Positions 40,393 to 55,545 of a stretch of 64,000 bases of DNA are shown in pieces; positions within the stretch are counted from its first letter, which is position 1; every line of letters starts with the position of its first letter. The position numbers and the translations under genes were made by a program. This DNA is from Lama glama (taxonomy: Eukaryota): contig CM052816.1 in the NCBI GenBank assembly GCA_028534125.1, positions 9,550,001-9,614,000 on the forward strand, given 5' to 3'. Below the pieces are notes generated by a model that was not told the origin of the DNA, did not search any database, and saw nothing but the letters and a program-made list of their open reading frames with translations.

Positions 40393-41360
40393 TATTTCTA
40401 AATGTGCAGATTATATTTTTAGATATAAATGATGGGTTACAGAAACAATATATTTATGCACTCCATCCCCATTATAAAAATTTCTAATAATACGGATACA
40501 GTAAAATATCCCTTGACACCACCTTAACCCCACTCCCCTCCCAAGAAGTTACTTCCTTTTACCAGCTGGCTTATATAATTCAAGAATATGTTCTGTGTAT
40601 TTACATGTGTCCAAATGTACATGTAAAAATACATGGTTTTGGTTTGTTCTTATATATAAATAAGATGATGCAGTATATAGTAACTGCAGCTTGCCTTTTC
40701 TGTGGTACAGCTTCAACATTTCACATCAACGTGATTCCTCTGCATTCTTATTAGTTGCTGTGTGTGTATTTCATACCATAGACATTGTATAGTTAACAAT
40801 GTTGGGTTTTTTGTTGGGTTTTTGTGTGTGTGTGTGTTGTAACCATGTCCCACGTCTGAGTGGGACACTTGAGGCCTGCATCAGAAATCAACAGCCTCTG
40901 ATTTTCTGGGATTGTACTAACATGTGAAGATCAGCTGGAGTTGTTTCATGTTTCAGCGGCAACAGCAACTCTGACAGGGCAGCTTCCTGAGGAGAAGGCC
41001 CACTCTTGAGATGGGCCTCACCTGGCTTCCACCCTACTTTTGAGGGACTGAGCCACTTTGCTCAGTTGAGTGGGCTTTAGAGTCAGGCTGGCGGCACCCT
41101 GCTTCCACCACTCTCTGGATATGTGTTTGTAAGCCAGGTGTTTAACCTATTAAATTCTGATTTCCCTAACAGTAAAGTAGGGGGCATAATGATCAGACAT
41201 ACTTTAAAAGTGTCAGTATGAGGATGTATACGGAAAGACTTGGTAAATGCTTTAAAAATGCTGTCACAGTATCCTTATTTCCTCTTAATGGCCTCACCCG
41301 TTCTCTCTCTGCTTCTCACCACCCTGGGATCTGGTCTAAGGAACTGAAGAAAGATTAGTT

Positions 41361-41529
41361 AAGAAAGAAAGAAAGGAAGAAAAGAAGGAAAGAAGGAAAG
41401 AGAAAGAAAGGAAGGAAGAAAAGGAAGGAAGGAAGAAAAGGAAGGAAGGAAGGAAGGGAGGAAGGAAGGAAAAAGAAAAGGAAAGAAAAGAAGGAAAGAG
41501 AAAGCAAGCCAGCCAGCCAGCCAGCCAGC
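41361..41529. repeat. Purine-rich (GAAA/GGAA)n low-complexity repeat ending in (GCCA)n
   Basis: Read directly. Confidence 0.95.
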
Positions 41530-41971
41530 CCTTTCATAATAAAGGGAATTACCGTGGAAGCAATCTACCTCCATTTGCATCAGTGTCCAGTTTACTGAGG
41601 GCTCTCACTGGATCTTCACAACTGCCCTGAGGGGTGGGTATGTTAGTCATTGTTGCTATTTACAAATGAGGAAACTGAGGCTCCAGAGTAGGTGTTATGA
41701 CCATCTCCTGGTCACCCAGAAGTCATCTGAGGGAGTCAGAATGAGAGTCCAGGACTTCGGATTCCAAATAGAAAGTTCCTGGAAGCACTGTGGTGCCATC
41801 TATTACTCACACACCCAGCAGTGTTACAAGAGAGACAAGATTTTCTAAAATTGACATTAATTCAGTAAATCATCCATGAAAACATTTAAGGCCTTTTATA
41901 TGCCAGACACTGCACCACAAGCTGGTTACACAGAATTGAATGGACCAATAGGACAACTCAGTTCTCTCTGG

Positions 41972-42265
41972 CAAGTGTGGGCAAACAACAGCCTGGGGCC
42001 AAATCCTCCAGTCTGTAAACTAAGAGTGGTTTTTACTTTTTTAAGTGGTTGGAAAACAAATCAAGATATTTTGTGATATGTGAAAACTATGTGAAATTCA
42101 AATTTGTGTCCAAAAATAAAAGCTTTATTGTAACACAGCCATGCCCCTTCCTTGGTGTTTCCTCCGTGGCTGCTTTCACACTACAACAGCAGAACTGAGT
42201 GGCTGTCACAGCTGAGCCTAAACGTTTGCTGTTTGGCCCTGTACAGAAAAAGTGTGCTGACAGCT
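41972..42265. mobile_element. MER58-family hAT element
   Basis: ggcaaacaacagcc...gtccaaaaataaaagctttattgtaacacagccatgccc...tggccctgtacagaaaaagtgtgctgac. Confidence 0.72.
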
Positions 42266-43399
42266 GCTGTTGTGCGACTCAGCCATTCATTACACACACA
42301 TTTACTATATGCCTACTCTAGGCATCTCCCAAATTTTGTTTTTTTTCAGTTGTTCCAGTCTAGGCATCTTTAGAATGATCTTCGTGCTTCCCGCTGTACT
42401 TGTTCTAAGAGTGGGTTTTGAGACAGACAGATAAACCAACAAGTTAGAGAGCAGCAACCTCTAGTGGCCTTAAATCTAAGCATTATTTAGATAATTTGAT
42501 TATGGTTACAGTGAACAACCAGGTTTAGATGAAGTCTTAGCCGAGGGTTGGGGGTTCTGTATTACTTTGAAATATCTAGAATGTCCTATAATTTGTTTCC
42601 CACCTTTTATTGATCACAGTCCTAACCTGGCGAGCGGAACACTCTTAGTTAAAAGAAGTGAGCTGAGTTAAAAACAATAGAGATGACTGAATGCAGCATG
42701 GAACATTCTTCCTAATGTAAATAGAATTTTAAAAGTCTTAGAAAACTTTGAAGAAAAGGCATTATTATTCACACTGTTAGCGATGGGGAAACTTGCTGGC
42801 ACCTTGCATCTCTGTGGACATTAACAATGGAGGTAAGAGGCAGCTGGTGGGAATCAGGCACCGGGATTCTCGTCTCTCCCAGCCTTAACAGTGTCTGTGA
42901 GTGAGCAGTTTTCCCTCTGGGCTTCAATTAAGCCTCTGAAAATGAAGGGGTTGGACCCTTACACCTCATACAGGCCATAACTACATATTCTATTTGGAGA
43001 GAGTTTCTACAGACCTTCAGTTTGTGCAGTTTGTTGAGGTCACTCAGCTAAGCAGGCGGCAAAGCAAGTCCTCAAACGCAGGTGGGTTGCTCTAAAGCTT
43101 TTTCAGCCTTGGCTCCTGACACTGTGATATTGCACATAAACTGCCATGTATCAGGTGAATTTCTCCCCTTGAAAAAGAAGAAAGGTCATCTCCCGATGAC
43201 CAGATATTTGGGGAAATTCTGCTGTCCCAGTGTTCTGTTGTATAGAGTTCTGAGTTGAACATCTTGCAGCCACAGAACTTTCACAAAGAGATCAGAAATG
43301 GGATTACACTGAAATCTTATCTAGACACACCCACACATTCCTTGTCCGGTTGTAGCATTTGGTACTCTTCTTTACAATGAGGGATCAGGTCCAAGGCAA

Positions 43400-44096
43400 G
43401 AAAACAGGTTTTAATAAACTTTTATTTTTATACTCAAGATAAAGCATTATACACAATTGAATATGGAAATAAATAACTAAAAATGCTTTGGAAACTTTTC
43501 CATTTCCCCCTCAAACTCAAATTTTTTTTTAAACTCATGAGTCTTTTTTGCTTGATTTTAAGAAATATGGCAACTATAATACCAAAAGAAAAAAAACCCC
43601 ACAATTCTGTACAGAAACATATAGCTGCCTCTGACTACAGGGTTAGTTGGTGTTTTAATAGTAACACAAAAAAAAGCACAAGACACAAAGACTCTTCAAC
43701 AGGTTTACTCAAAACAGCTTTGCTCGAGAAAAAGGCACAGATTTAAGGGGATGACAGTGATTATTAAGAATATAGTAAATATGGGCTCAGCCAAAAAGTG
43801 ACACTGTATGAACTAAGTCTGGAAAAATGAACTCTTTCCAATTATCTGCCTTCATTAAAATGAATTTTTAAATTAAATTGTATAAACATATGATATAAAG
43901 TTGGTACTTAGGAAGTGTCTTTATATTTCCTCTATGTACAAATCTTTGTATACAACTTTAACGTTCCTTATACATTTCCTATATACCAAACTGAGCCCGG
44001 GTCTCCCAACTGCATGCCCCAAGTCTCTGTGGAGCTCTCTGCCAGCTGGTCAGCCCTGCAGCTTCTGCCAGAACAGCTGGAAAGGGAAGGGACCAG
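43400..44096 (-). other. FBXO38: FBXO38 3' UTR (about 0.7 kb)
   Basis: AT-rich sequence between the stop codon (44097-44099) and a minus-strand AATAAA at 43421-43426. The cleavage site is approximate. Confidence 0.75.
43421..43426 (-). terminator. FBXO38 polyadenylation signal AATAAA
   Basis: TTTATT on + is AATAAA on -. There is a UGUA about 25 nt upstream and U-rich cctgttttcttgcc downstream on the minus strand. Confidence 0.75.
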
Positions 44097-44309
<213 letters not shown>

Positions 44310-45050
44310 TTATCAGGATCATTTGGAAGGTCACTCCGATAAAGCTAGTCCATAGGACATGACTGTGTGCTCTAATGCAGTATAACTGATGTATGTACAG
44401 CTCATGGAATGGGTCCCCATCAGTCTGGTTAAGCACTATGTTTGATGCCTAAGAGCGCACATAGGATTAAAGGCCCAAGGTGAAAAATACACCAGAGAGG
44501 TAAGTCATATACATGTACATGGAATTTATGAAATCCACTTCCTCCTAAAATATTTTTTTTTAATTTCCTACAAATGGATATTCAAGTGTGCTAATTTAAA
44601 AGAATTATATTTAAAAGTTCCTTCAAGTTTCAGTTATCTGTCCCCCACCCCAAGTATCTATAGTTAAATCATAAATTCCTGTTTGCTACCCAATAAGAAG
44701 CAACTCATAAGTAGCAGAATTAATTAGTGTAACTGGAACAATTTTGAAACAACAGAGTTGACCAATTCTTCAATAGGGAGTAACAAAATTACAAACATTT
44801 AGGTAATAAAAAAATCTAGGTAGGAAAATTTGTCCGAAAGACTCCTTCCCACCAACCTTTATAAGTCCCTAGTAAGTCAACTGATTACCTAGTGTATAAA
44901 TTTAAAGCTGTTTTTTTGAAAGGGGAGAACCAAACAATAACAAAAAGCAAATAAAAACATTTACATGGGAAGTGATTTAAAAGCTGCACTGCTCCTAACT
45001 CTCAAGAAAAACACTAAGCATCTAACACAGCAGAGGATATACGCAAACTA

Positions 45051-45329
<279 letters not shown>

Positions 45330-45644
45330 TCATCCTTTGCTTTCATTAAGTGTTAGTTTCTCTCTCAATATATGCATGTATACACACATACAAAATACAG
45401 AGGTTGAGACAGATGCCCTCGTGTCACTGCCAACTCTAAAACTGCAGCAAGTTGCAATTTTCTTCTACTTTCTGTGTTTCAATACTGCTTCTGATTATTT
45501 TAGGGATGGTAAAGGCTCATACAGGGGAGCAATATTTATCTGGTCCCTGCTACCTGCAGATATTCAATATTCCCATTATTTTGAGAAATTGTAAGGCTCC
45601 CATTCCTATCTTTCCTAAGACATGTCTCTCCATCTAATTAGTTA

Positions 45645-46103
<459 letters not shown>

Positions 46104-46273
46104 TTAGTTTTAAAGTCCTCATTTCCCTTTGGTTTTCACATTATATTTCATACTTTTCAGAGCCTGAAAAGCCCAGATGGAGCCATTTAAGATAAAGACT
46201 AAACAGGTCTTGTTTCTGGCACCCTCGCTCTGGGAACTGACCAGAAGGGCAGGCAGGGGCTGCGTATCACTTA

Positions 46274-46420
<147 letters not shown>

Positions 46421-47127
46421 CTATGGGAGACACCGGAGAGAGGGTTTTGGACCAGGGAAGAGAATGCCTCAGAAACCCGTCACCTAGGGCTTGAACAATC
46501 TTTCCTTAAGAACATAGTTTTAAAATCTTGGGCTGACTCAAAAATCAAATAGTCACATTCCACCCTGCATACTGCTTGCCAAATTAGGGATAAGACTTCG
46601 CAAATTCTTCTGTCTAGCAAGCAATTTACATCTCCCTGTTATATAAATGCCTACTGAACCAGAGAATCTGGATTCAATAACTGATCCCAGGAATCCACTT
46701 CTCAGTTTAAGTTAGGACTGCATTATAGAATTGTGAATGTGTAGTACTGTATACCTATTCAAACTGGACTACTGCCAGTTCCTAAAGATGGAACACATTT
46801 CCTTCCCCCTTGTAACCTTTGTTCATATAGCTTTCTTCTCATGGAAAGACCTCATTCCTGTCTTTGCTTATAAAATCCTGCTTTGCCATCTTAAAGACAT
46901 ACATGTCTGCCTCCTTCGTAGAAAGGCAAACTTCTCAAGGGAAGGATAATGTCCTGTACATTTTTCAGCCCCAGCAAATTATAAACACAACAAGCATTTG
47001 TGTGTTGAAATAACTCCTCTGGGGCCAGGCTCAAACACTGACTGCAAAGGTCATTTATTATTTCCTTCAGACCTTCTCCTGACATCAAGCACAGAGTCTT
47101 ACAGTGTTTACTCTCCCCACCCCACCC

Positions 47128-47270
47128 CGGTTTTATTGATAAATAACTGACATACATCACTGTATAAGTTTATGGTATACAGCATGATGGTGTGATTTAC
47201 ATAGATTTATGAAGTGATTACCACAATAGGTCCAGCTGACAACCATCATCTCGTACAGATACAAAAAAAG
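47128..47270 (-). mobile_element. L1 3' end fragment (laurasiatherian-type)
   Basis: ttttattgataaataactgacatacatcactgtataagtttatggtatacagcatgatg. Confidence 0.65.
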
Positions 47271-47667
47271 AAAATGTTTACTCTTAATAAAAACAACAGC
47301 AACTATCACATGACTGCTCACTACGTGCCAGCAACTGCTCTAGTGCTTCACAGGTACTAATGTAACCATCACGGTAACTGCAGATTTTTGTTCTTCTAAC
47401 TTTAGAGACAAAGAAACTAAGGCACAGAAATTGAATAACCTGCTACAGGTCAGTGAACCAGAACTGGAGTCAGGCAGTCTGAAACCAGCATCTGTGCTCT
47501 TAACCACAGGCAACTTTGATAAGTATAGAAACTTGTTGAACAACAACTCCTTTCATCATACAACTTGCTAAAAACCCACATAAATCTGTCAGAGGAGCAC
47601 TGATGAAGAAGACTGGTAAGGTAGTCTAACTTGGTTAAAAGAACCCTATAGATAATCTGCAGAATCA

Positions 47668-47967
<300 letters not shown>

Positions 47968-48459
47968 TTATACAAAGTTACAGAGCAATGTATAACCTAT
48001 CTGGATTCCTCTTTGGAGGACTGGCTCACCTTTTATTAGCATAAAATACTGCAGATATAACTATCTTTAACATAGGTCAAGCACTATCATAAAGGACAAC
48101 TGATAAGTTATCAAAATGACTTGAAAAATGTGATTCTGTCCTGTTGAAAAGACAGTCACCTTCATGCTAGAAGGGATATTAAGGTACCTTTTCCTATCTA
48201 AGATGTTACTGGCAAGAAACTCAGGTCCCAGAGAATGACTTGCCTTAATATAGGAAATACGTAGGAAATATTCATTAAAGAGAATGATGGCAACTATTGA
48301 ATTATACAATTTTATTGGTAATGGTACCTGAAATATTTCACCTATATTATCTTACATTCATCAACAGGAAATGAGCAGTGTTGATTTTAATTTTTATCAC
48401 AAGCATAAAACCAGAACCTTAAAAAAAAAACAACCAGAAATATTTGGATATTTGGTCTA

Positions 48460-48670
48460 AAGTTGTACAGTCCTGTGTGGTAGCCACTAGCCATCTGTAA
48501 GCTACTTAAATTTAACTAAAATGTAATAAAATTAACAGTTTAGTTCTTAAGACATTAGCCACAGTTCAAATGTTCAACATTCGCATGTAGTTAGTGGTTA
48601 CCATATCAAACAGTGCAGATACAGAACATTTCCATCACTGCAGAAAAGTTCTATTGAAGATGCTAGTCTG
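48460..48670. mobile_element. MER3/MER33-family hAT element
   Basis: gtggtagccactagcca...tagttagtggttaccatat...acagaacatttccatcactgcagaaaagttctattg. Confidence 0.72.
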
Positions 48671-50762
48671 AAACATGATTAAATACTCTTCTTGTTTAAT
48701 GCAAAAAATACATGGTTATAGAGAAAAATAGCTGTGATATAACAAACACATTTAATTACAACTGCGTACCAATGTTAGAAAAGTATTCCCTTCCTTTTTT
48801 TTAAATCTCAATTTTCACTCTGATCCAATTTTTATCATAGATTTCAGTCTGGTCCAACTCCAACGAGAAGATCAGATGAAAGGTATTGTAAATCCGTAAG
48901 GCCAATATGCCTGATCTTTTTAACATTACATAAAAACGTGTTCTGTGACATCCTTGACCCAAATGTGATCATCTTACTGAGCAATCTAGCTCTGTAACTT
49001 TGATGTCTGAACACTGAGCAAGTCTGCTGCCTTTCAGATTCATTTTTCACCTGTGACATGAAAGGAACATGGCAGGAGGAAGAGGAAGCAATGTTGGGAA
49101 CAGGAAAAGAGAAAAGAGAGGACTAGATGGCGAAAAGGGTTCAATGGTTCTCTGCCATAAAACCAGCCATGGCTAAGGTCACTTCTAGTCTCATTTAGTC
49201 ATCTCATCCACCATGAACAGTCCACCCATCCATCAGTGGGTGGCACTGAGCTTCTTATCTAAGATCCTGTCACATGATAAGCTGAACAACCAGATTTAAG
49301 GTGAAAAGGCTGGGCCCCAGGCCATGTGATCTATCACTAGGTTAGGGAAGATATGGGGAGAATCATCAGACAAGTGGAGGGGTGAAAACCAGTCAGATTC
49401 TCAGAGAGCTCAGAAGAGAGATACGAATGAGAAGTCAACCAGCAGAGTCCAAATGCTGAGGATTAAAGTCTCAGACCTCAGAGGGTAGAGTGCTGACAGA
49501 TTGAAAGCTCTTAGGCGCGGGCTCTCCTGCTGGTACCATCTCTGAACTTTTGAAGGACCCCTGTTCTGTTATAGGGGGACACGCCAATAGGAGACACTTA
49601 TTAGATGTTTGAAGACCTCACTGGTTGGAATGGAGTAAAGTACCACCTTGTGAGGGTGTATCTGGGGTCCACAAGTCTGGAGTTTTTGAGAATTTAAGAG
49701 AGATGTGCTTAAATCTCAATTTTATCTCTCCTTTCTGGGATTCTCCTAGTTTATGACAAAATGTTTGGTAAGGATTCCCTTGTTTTATTTACTACCAGTA
49801 TTAGAGAAGTGCAAAGAAAGCCTCTAATTTTTTTTTTTGCCATACTAATATAATACAAGTTAGCATTTACTAGACTTTTACTAGAGGTCAGACCCTCTAC
49901 TATGTGTCTGTGGAGGTACACACATTCATACACACATGCATGCCTGTGTTTGTATCAGTCACTATTTAACCTTCACAAGCGTACACTTTACAGAATGAAA
50001 AAAATGAGCACAGAATGTATAACTTGCCTAAAGCAAGAAACAAATCAGATCTTCATAATTGTACATGGATAGGCATCAAAAATATAATTACAAGTAATAA
50101 TGGAAAAATAAACAGATCATGTATAGGACATACTATTTATATATCTAAAATTTTAAAAATTCACACAAAATAATACCTTATATTTGTTCAGAGTTAAATA
50201 TGTATATAAATAAAGACATGGGAGATGGACTGGAAGGACATTCAGTACATGACTACAGGTGTTGGGAACAGATGGGACTGTAATGAGGGACAAATGGGAC
50301 TAAAAAGAAAAGTGCGGTGTGGACGAAGGATAATGTGCCCTCAGTTGAGGTTATGGTTGATTATATCAATCAAATTCAGAGCAATTAAGCACTGAGGGCG
50401 CAGTCACCACCTCCTCCAAAAGACACAGACAAAACATGTCCAGCATCACACAGCAAGGAAATGGTAAAGACAGGAACCACGGTGAGCTCTATTTGACTCC
50501 AAAGTCCATACATGGATTAGTCTGTTTAATCTAATCTTTGTCAGATCAAGTAGCAGTGGTCATCTGGAGGGAACTGGAGGAGAGGCTACATTAAAAGATG
50601 AATCAAATCTCTGCACATGGTCCCTCACAAATACAACAGGGTAATTAGTTGAGAACTACAGATTGAGGACAGAATTAAAAATAAACTAACATAATGATTC
50701 TTTTGAAAAAGGAATATAGTAATGTTATTGTAGTATTTATGAATCCTTAATTTTTTAAACTA

Positions 50763-50906
<144 letters not shown>

Positions 50907-51066
50907 CTAGGAGGAGAAAAATTTAAAAGATGCATCTTCCTGTACTTTTTTCTTTAAAGCTTAAATATTTTCACTGGCACAAGTGAGAAGCAGCTGCTCC
51001 CAATCTCTTCTCTTAAGGGCAAAGAAACTATATGAGGATGATGGCAACTTTAGTTCTTTTACATTA

Positions 51067-51264
<198 letters not shown>

Positions 51265-51959
51265 TCAAAGAGAGCACATTCAAACTCCAGCTAGGCAACT
51301 CTCAATTCTACAACTTGGTTCCCAAAGGAGTAACAGTCAGACTACTATTTCCAACTGACTGTTTCAAAACAAGATCACCCTCTACTGTCTGAAATGTAAT
51401 GCTGCTTTTCATATTTGGGCCATTCCAACAGTCTAATTAACATTCTCATCACTAGTCACTCAACCCATCCTAAATACTACTGGTAGATTAAATTCACCAC
51501 TTTCCTCCCGAACAACTTTAAAACACTGACTACTGCTTAGTAAATATGGTTGAACACCTGACATTTGGAGCTGTGCTTTAGCCCGAGCAGTTCTGTTTTA
51601 TTCCATATCATGTCCTAGTCATCTCCCATTGCCAATGCCTCTGAAGCTATTAATCATTCTAGTTTTTTCTGCCCAGAAAACCTTTCCTGACTTCACTTTT
51701 TGAAATACTACCCATCCCTGAAAGGTTCAGCTCAAATTCCACCTCCCCTAACAAATCACCTGGACCCCCAAACATCATATATGGTTCTGTAATTCCCTGA
51801 ATACTTGTTTTGTCTCTCCATTTAAACTAAAAGCTCCTTAAAGACAACACTGTCTTATTTCATCTTTGTATCAATGTCAGCCACTAGCAATGAGCTATTT
51901 ATTGAATAAATTGGCAGTAACACTCACTGACTGAATGAATACATCACAGAAATGTAAAT

Positions 51960-52170
51960 GGAATAATAGCAAATATTTACTGAGCGCTTACTGTGTGTCA
52001 GGCACTTTTCTCAGGGTTTTACTTCTATTAACTAATTTAATCCTAACAACAACCCTCTGAGATAGATTATTGTCCTTACTTTAAAAATTCGGAAACAGAG
52101 GCATGGGAAGGGGAAATAGTTTGCCAAAGTGTAAGTGGTGGAACCAGGAGTCAGACTCAGGCTATCTGGT
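51960..52170 (-). mobile_element. MIR SINE
   Basis: aataatagcaaatatttactgagcgcttactgtgtgtcaggcac...tttaatcctaacaacaaccct. Confidence 0.75.
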
Positions 52171-52417
52171 GCCAGTCACTAGGCCAGAAAACCTGCAATC
52201 TTTTATCTGCCAAACCCTGGCTAGTAATGCTCTAACTCATGTAGCCAGTATTGTTCCAAAACATTATAGTTTAATTATAAAAACAAATATTATGTTGATT
52301 TTATTTAAATACAAGTTCTCAATTCATCTCCAAAACTTAACAAGCACATATATATTCCAAAACAAGATACTAAAAGTCACAGTCTTCTTTTTTTTTTTAA
52401 TACCACTTTAATTATCT

Positions 52418-52549
52418 GGGGGTCGTGGTGGTAGTAATTAGGTTTATTTATTTTATTTTATTTTATTATTTTTAATGGAGATACTGGGGCTTGAACCCAG
52501 GACCTCACGCACACTGAGCATGCACACTACCAATGAGCTACACCCTTCC
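52418..52549 (-). mobile_element. Camelid tRNA-derived SINE (Vic-1-like)
   Basis: Reverse complement reads GGAAGGGTGTAGCTCATTGGTAG...GAGGTCCTGGGTTCAAGCCCCAGTATCTCCATTAAAAA..AATAAACCTAATTAC, with Pol III A and B boxes. Confidence 0.82.
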
Positions 52550-54190
52550 TGATACTGTTCTCATTTTTGATAATCATTCTGTAGCAGAGCACATGTAGAG
52601 TGAAATAAGACTGACCTTTATGACTTAAATCCCACCATACTGCACAATACTACTACTAGATTACAAACATTCCACTTGGTAATTCTTTAACTTTGAACAT
52701 GAAAGATTACAAAGAAAGATAGGGAAACAAGGTGCAAATATTGCAAATTCCTAAATGCTTGGGGTTAGACAGTAACTCTATAGAGAGTAGGCCAAGTGTT
52801 TGCTTTTTTAAAAAATACAATAGAACTCTTTCTTCCACTCTTGGAAATCTTTGTGAAATCTTATTATGCAAAACAATTGAAAGCAGCGACTTTGGTGGAA
52901 GCCTGAAAGTGAGCCCAGGAGTTTTATCCATCAAACTTCCTTCAAGGGGCCCTGAACCCAAGCAAAATCCTGGGGTTCTGGAAAAACATGCAAACTATTG
53001 ATCTAGGTGATGCACTGAAGGCCACCTTCCACAGTATTTCTGAAGGACCTTCAGACAAAATCTAATTAGCTTCACTGACAAGCAATGTTCTAACAGCAGC
53101 ACATTTGCTATGACAGTCAAAATTCACACATCTGTTACAACCAATAACAGGTCCTGGTTCCCTCTCTCAGTACCGCAAAAATGAAAACCAACAAAAACAG
53201 GTCTGTTTCCATTCCTTCATAACAATGTTCAAATAAGAAATTTTCTGTTAGCATTTTCCTTCTGTGCTCTGATTTTCAAACTTCTCATCTTCCTGGACTC
53301 CTTCCCTCCCATCCTCTTTAACTGATAAGAATATGGGATTCAGTTAAATTTCCTGCTCTTCAGAGTACCCAAATTGGCAGTTTGTTTTCTAAGGAAAGTT
53401 ATAAAGCTAAGTCACACTTTATACAGAGATAATCTTGATAAACAAATGCTTCCCAATGTAAAAGGAAAAGAGTTCATCCTGTTATTTTCTTATGCCTCCC
53501 TCTTTGTTTAGGACAGTAAATTTTGTTTAGCGGTAACTCTTAGTGATTTCATATATCCACCAGCATCAACATACCTCATGTGATGGTTCCTACCACTTAT
53601 TAAGTTCACAATTATTCACTGAGCCCCATACCACCATGCAAGACATTGTGCTAGCAGCTGGGAATATAATGGTTAACAAGCATACTGGCCCTGCCCTCAT
53701 GGAGCTCATAGTCTATTGGAAAGACAGACAGTAAAACATGAAAATACAACACATTATAGTTAACATTAGCAGAGAAGATGCTACAGACACACAGAAAACA
53801 TCTAGTCATGGGGTGTCACGGAAAGGTTAGTATTTATGGGAACCATATCATACTCATCTTAAGTGCTATTCTTTGAAAATCAAATCAGTTAATTTTGTGA
53901 TATTTATAAAGTATTATATAATGAGGAGAAAAAGAAAAAAGGTACAGGCATTTATTCCCAAAATAGGAATTCACAACATAAATAACTACTTCTAGGTGGT
54001 TTTAACACTACATAAGGCCATAAATTGAAAACCAAATAAAAAACTAAAATATTTTCTTTGAAGTGATTAAAAAAAATCCATAACACTAAATTGCTTTTTC
54101 CTTTATTAACTTGGATTTTTCTCCCTAAAACATTTAAAACAGAATGGCCAATAGATATCAAAAACATGCTAGATTAAAAATAACAAGTTG

Positions 54191-54352
54191 TTATAGCACA
54201 GGGAAATATACACAAAATGTTATGATAAATCACAGAGAAAAAAATGTGACAATGAGTGTGTATATGTCCATGTATGACTGAAAAATTGTACTGAACACTG
54301 GAATTTGACACAACACTGTAAAATGATTATGAATCAATAAAAATGTTAAAAA
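54191..54352 (+). mobile_element. Short 5'-truncated camelid-type L1 with 15-bp target-site duplication
   Basis: tatagcacagggaaatatacaca...gacacaacactgtaaaatgattat..aataaa plus an A tail, flanked by aaaaataacaagttg at 54176-54190 and 54353-54367. Confidence 0.85.
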
Positions 54353-54699
54353 AAAAATAACAAGTTGAAAGCTACCCAAATAACTTGTTTTTCTTTCCAA
54401 AAGAGATATGGATAATTTTAAAATCAGTAGTTTGATATTTCCCCAGAAAAGCTGTTACTGAAATGGATACTTATATTGTGTTTAAAAACATTAGGATATA
54501 ATTTACCTACCATACACATATTAGGTACATACATTAGAAGTCTTTTCAAATTGGAAAAAAAAAAATCACAAGACAACAGAGGTAATTTACCTAAAAAAGC
54601 AAAAACAGCTACATAAAGAAAAAAATTTTTTTTAAATTCTAGGAGATTATTTAACCTAAGATAAAGTTCTAATCATGAAACAAGTCAGAAGAAAATGGC

Positions 54700-55545
54700 A
54701 AAGGGGAAGCAGAATACAAGGCAAAGAAAAAGTCAAAACCTCCTATGGCTAATGTGAAGGATCCATATTAAAAATGAAAACAAAACAAAACCCCCCTAAA
54801 TAGTTAATAACTATAAAACTTTACCAAGACATATAAGACAAAATAGTCTCCAAATAGGAAGACTCAATGCTATAAAAATGACAATTATCTTTTCAGTCAG
54901 TCAATGTCATGAAATTCTAAACAAAACAACAAGATCTGATTTTTGAACATGACAAAAATTAGAAAATAAAACTATAAAAATAAGTGATAAATGTATGACT
55001 AGCCAAGGAAATTTTGCAAAAGAGTAATGAAAGAGGACGGGACACTGGAACAGAATAGTGAATAGCACGCCCAGAGATAAACAGCAGTACAGACAAGGTA
55101 CAGGCTAAAAGAGCATTTCCAAATGATGACTTAAGAATGGAGGTCAATAAATAGTATTGAGACAACTTGGTGACAAGTTAGAATTAAAAAAATAAAGTTC
55201 CCACAACTTAAAGAACTAAACTAAACAAATAAATGAATAAAAGAATGAAAAGATGTGAACAATTATCTGAGTGAGGTGTAGGGAACGCCTTCCACAGCAT
55301 AAAAATAAAGAAATCGTAAAGGCAAACATGACTATGACTGTACAAATATGAAAAACCGTGTAACAAAAGGTGTCATAATGAGGAGCTAATGTTTAATAGG
55401 TAGAGTTTCAGTTTGGGATGACGGAAAAGTTGAAATGGATGATGATGATGGTTGCACAACAATGTAAATGTAATAATGCCACTAAACTGTATGCTTCAAA
55501 ATGGTTAAAATGGTAAATGCTATATTATGTATAAAAAAAGATATA
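54700..55545 (+). mobile_element. Old L1M fragments (ORF2 remnant and 3' UTR)
   Basis: A-rich ataggaagactcaatgctataaaaatgacaatt...; agagtttcagtttgggatgacggaaaagtt...ggttgcacaacaatgtaaatg. Boundaries are approximate. Confidence 0.6.

Noticed and set aside
49040..49700. Purine-rich block that may be an old LTR (similar suspicion for about 27770-28800)
   Set aside because: I could not assign a family or boundaries from the sequence alone.
52418..52549. tRNA-like sequence with A and B boxes
   Set aside because: The A-rich tail and diverged stems indicate a SINE rather than a tRNA gene.
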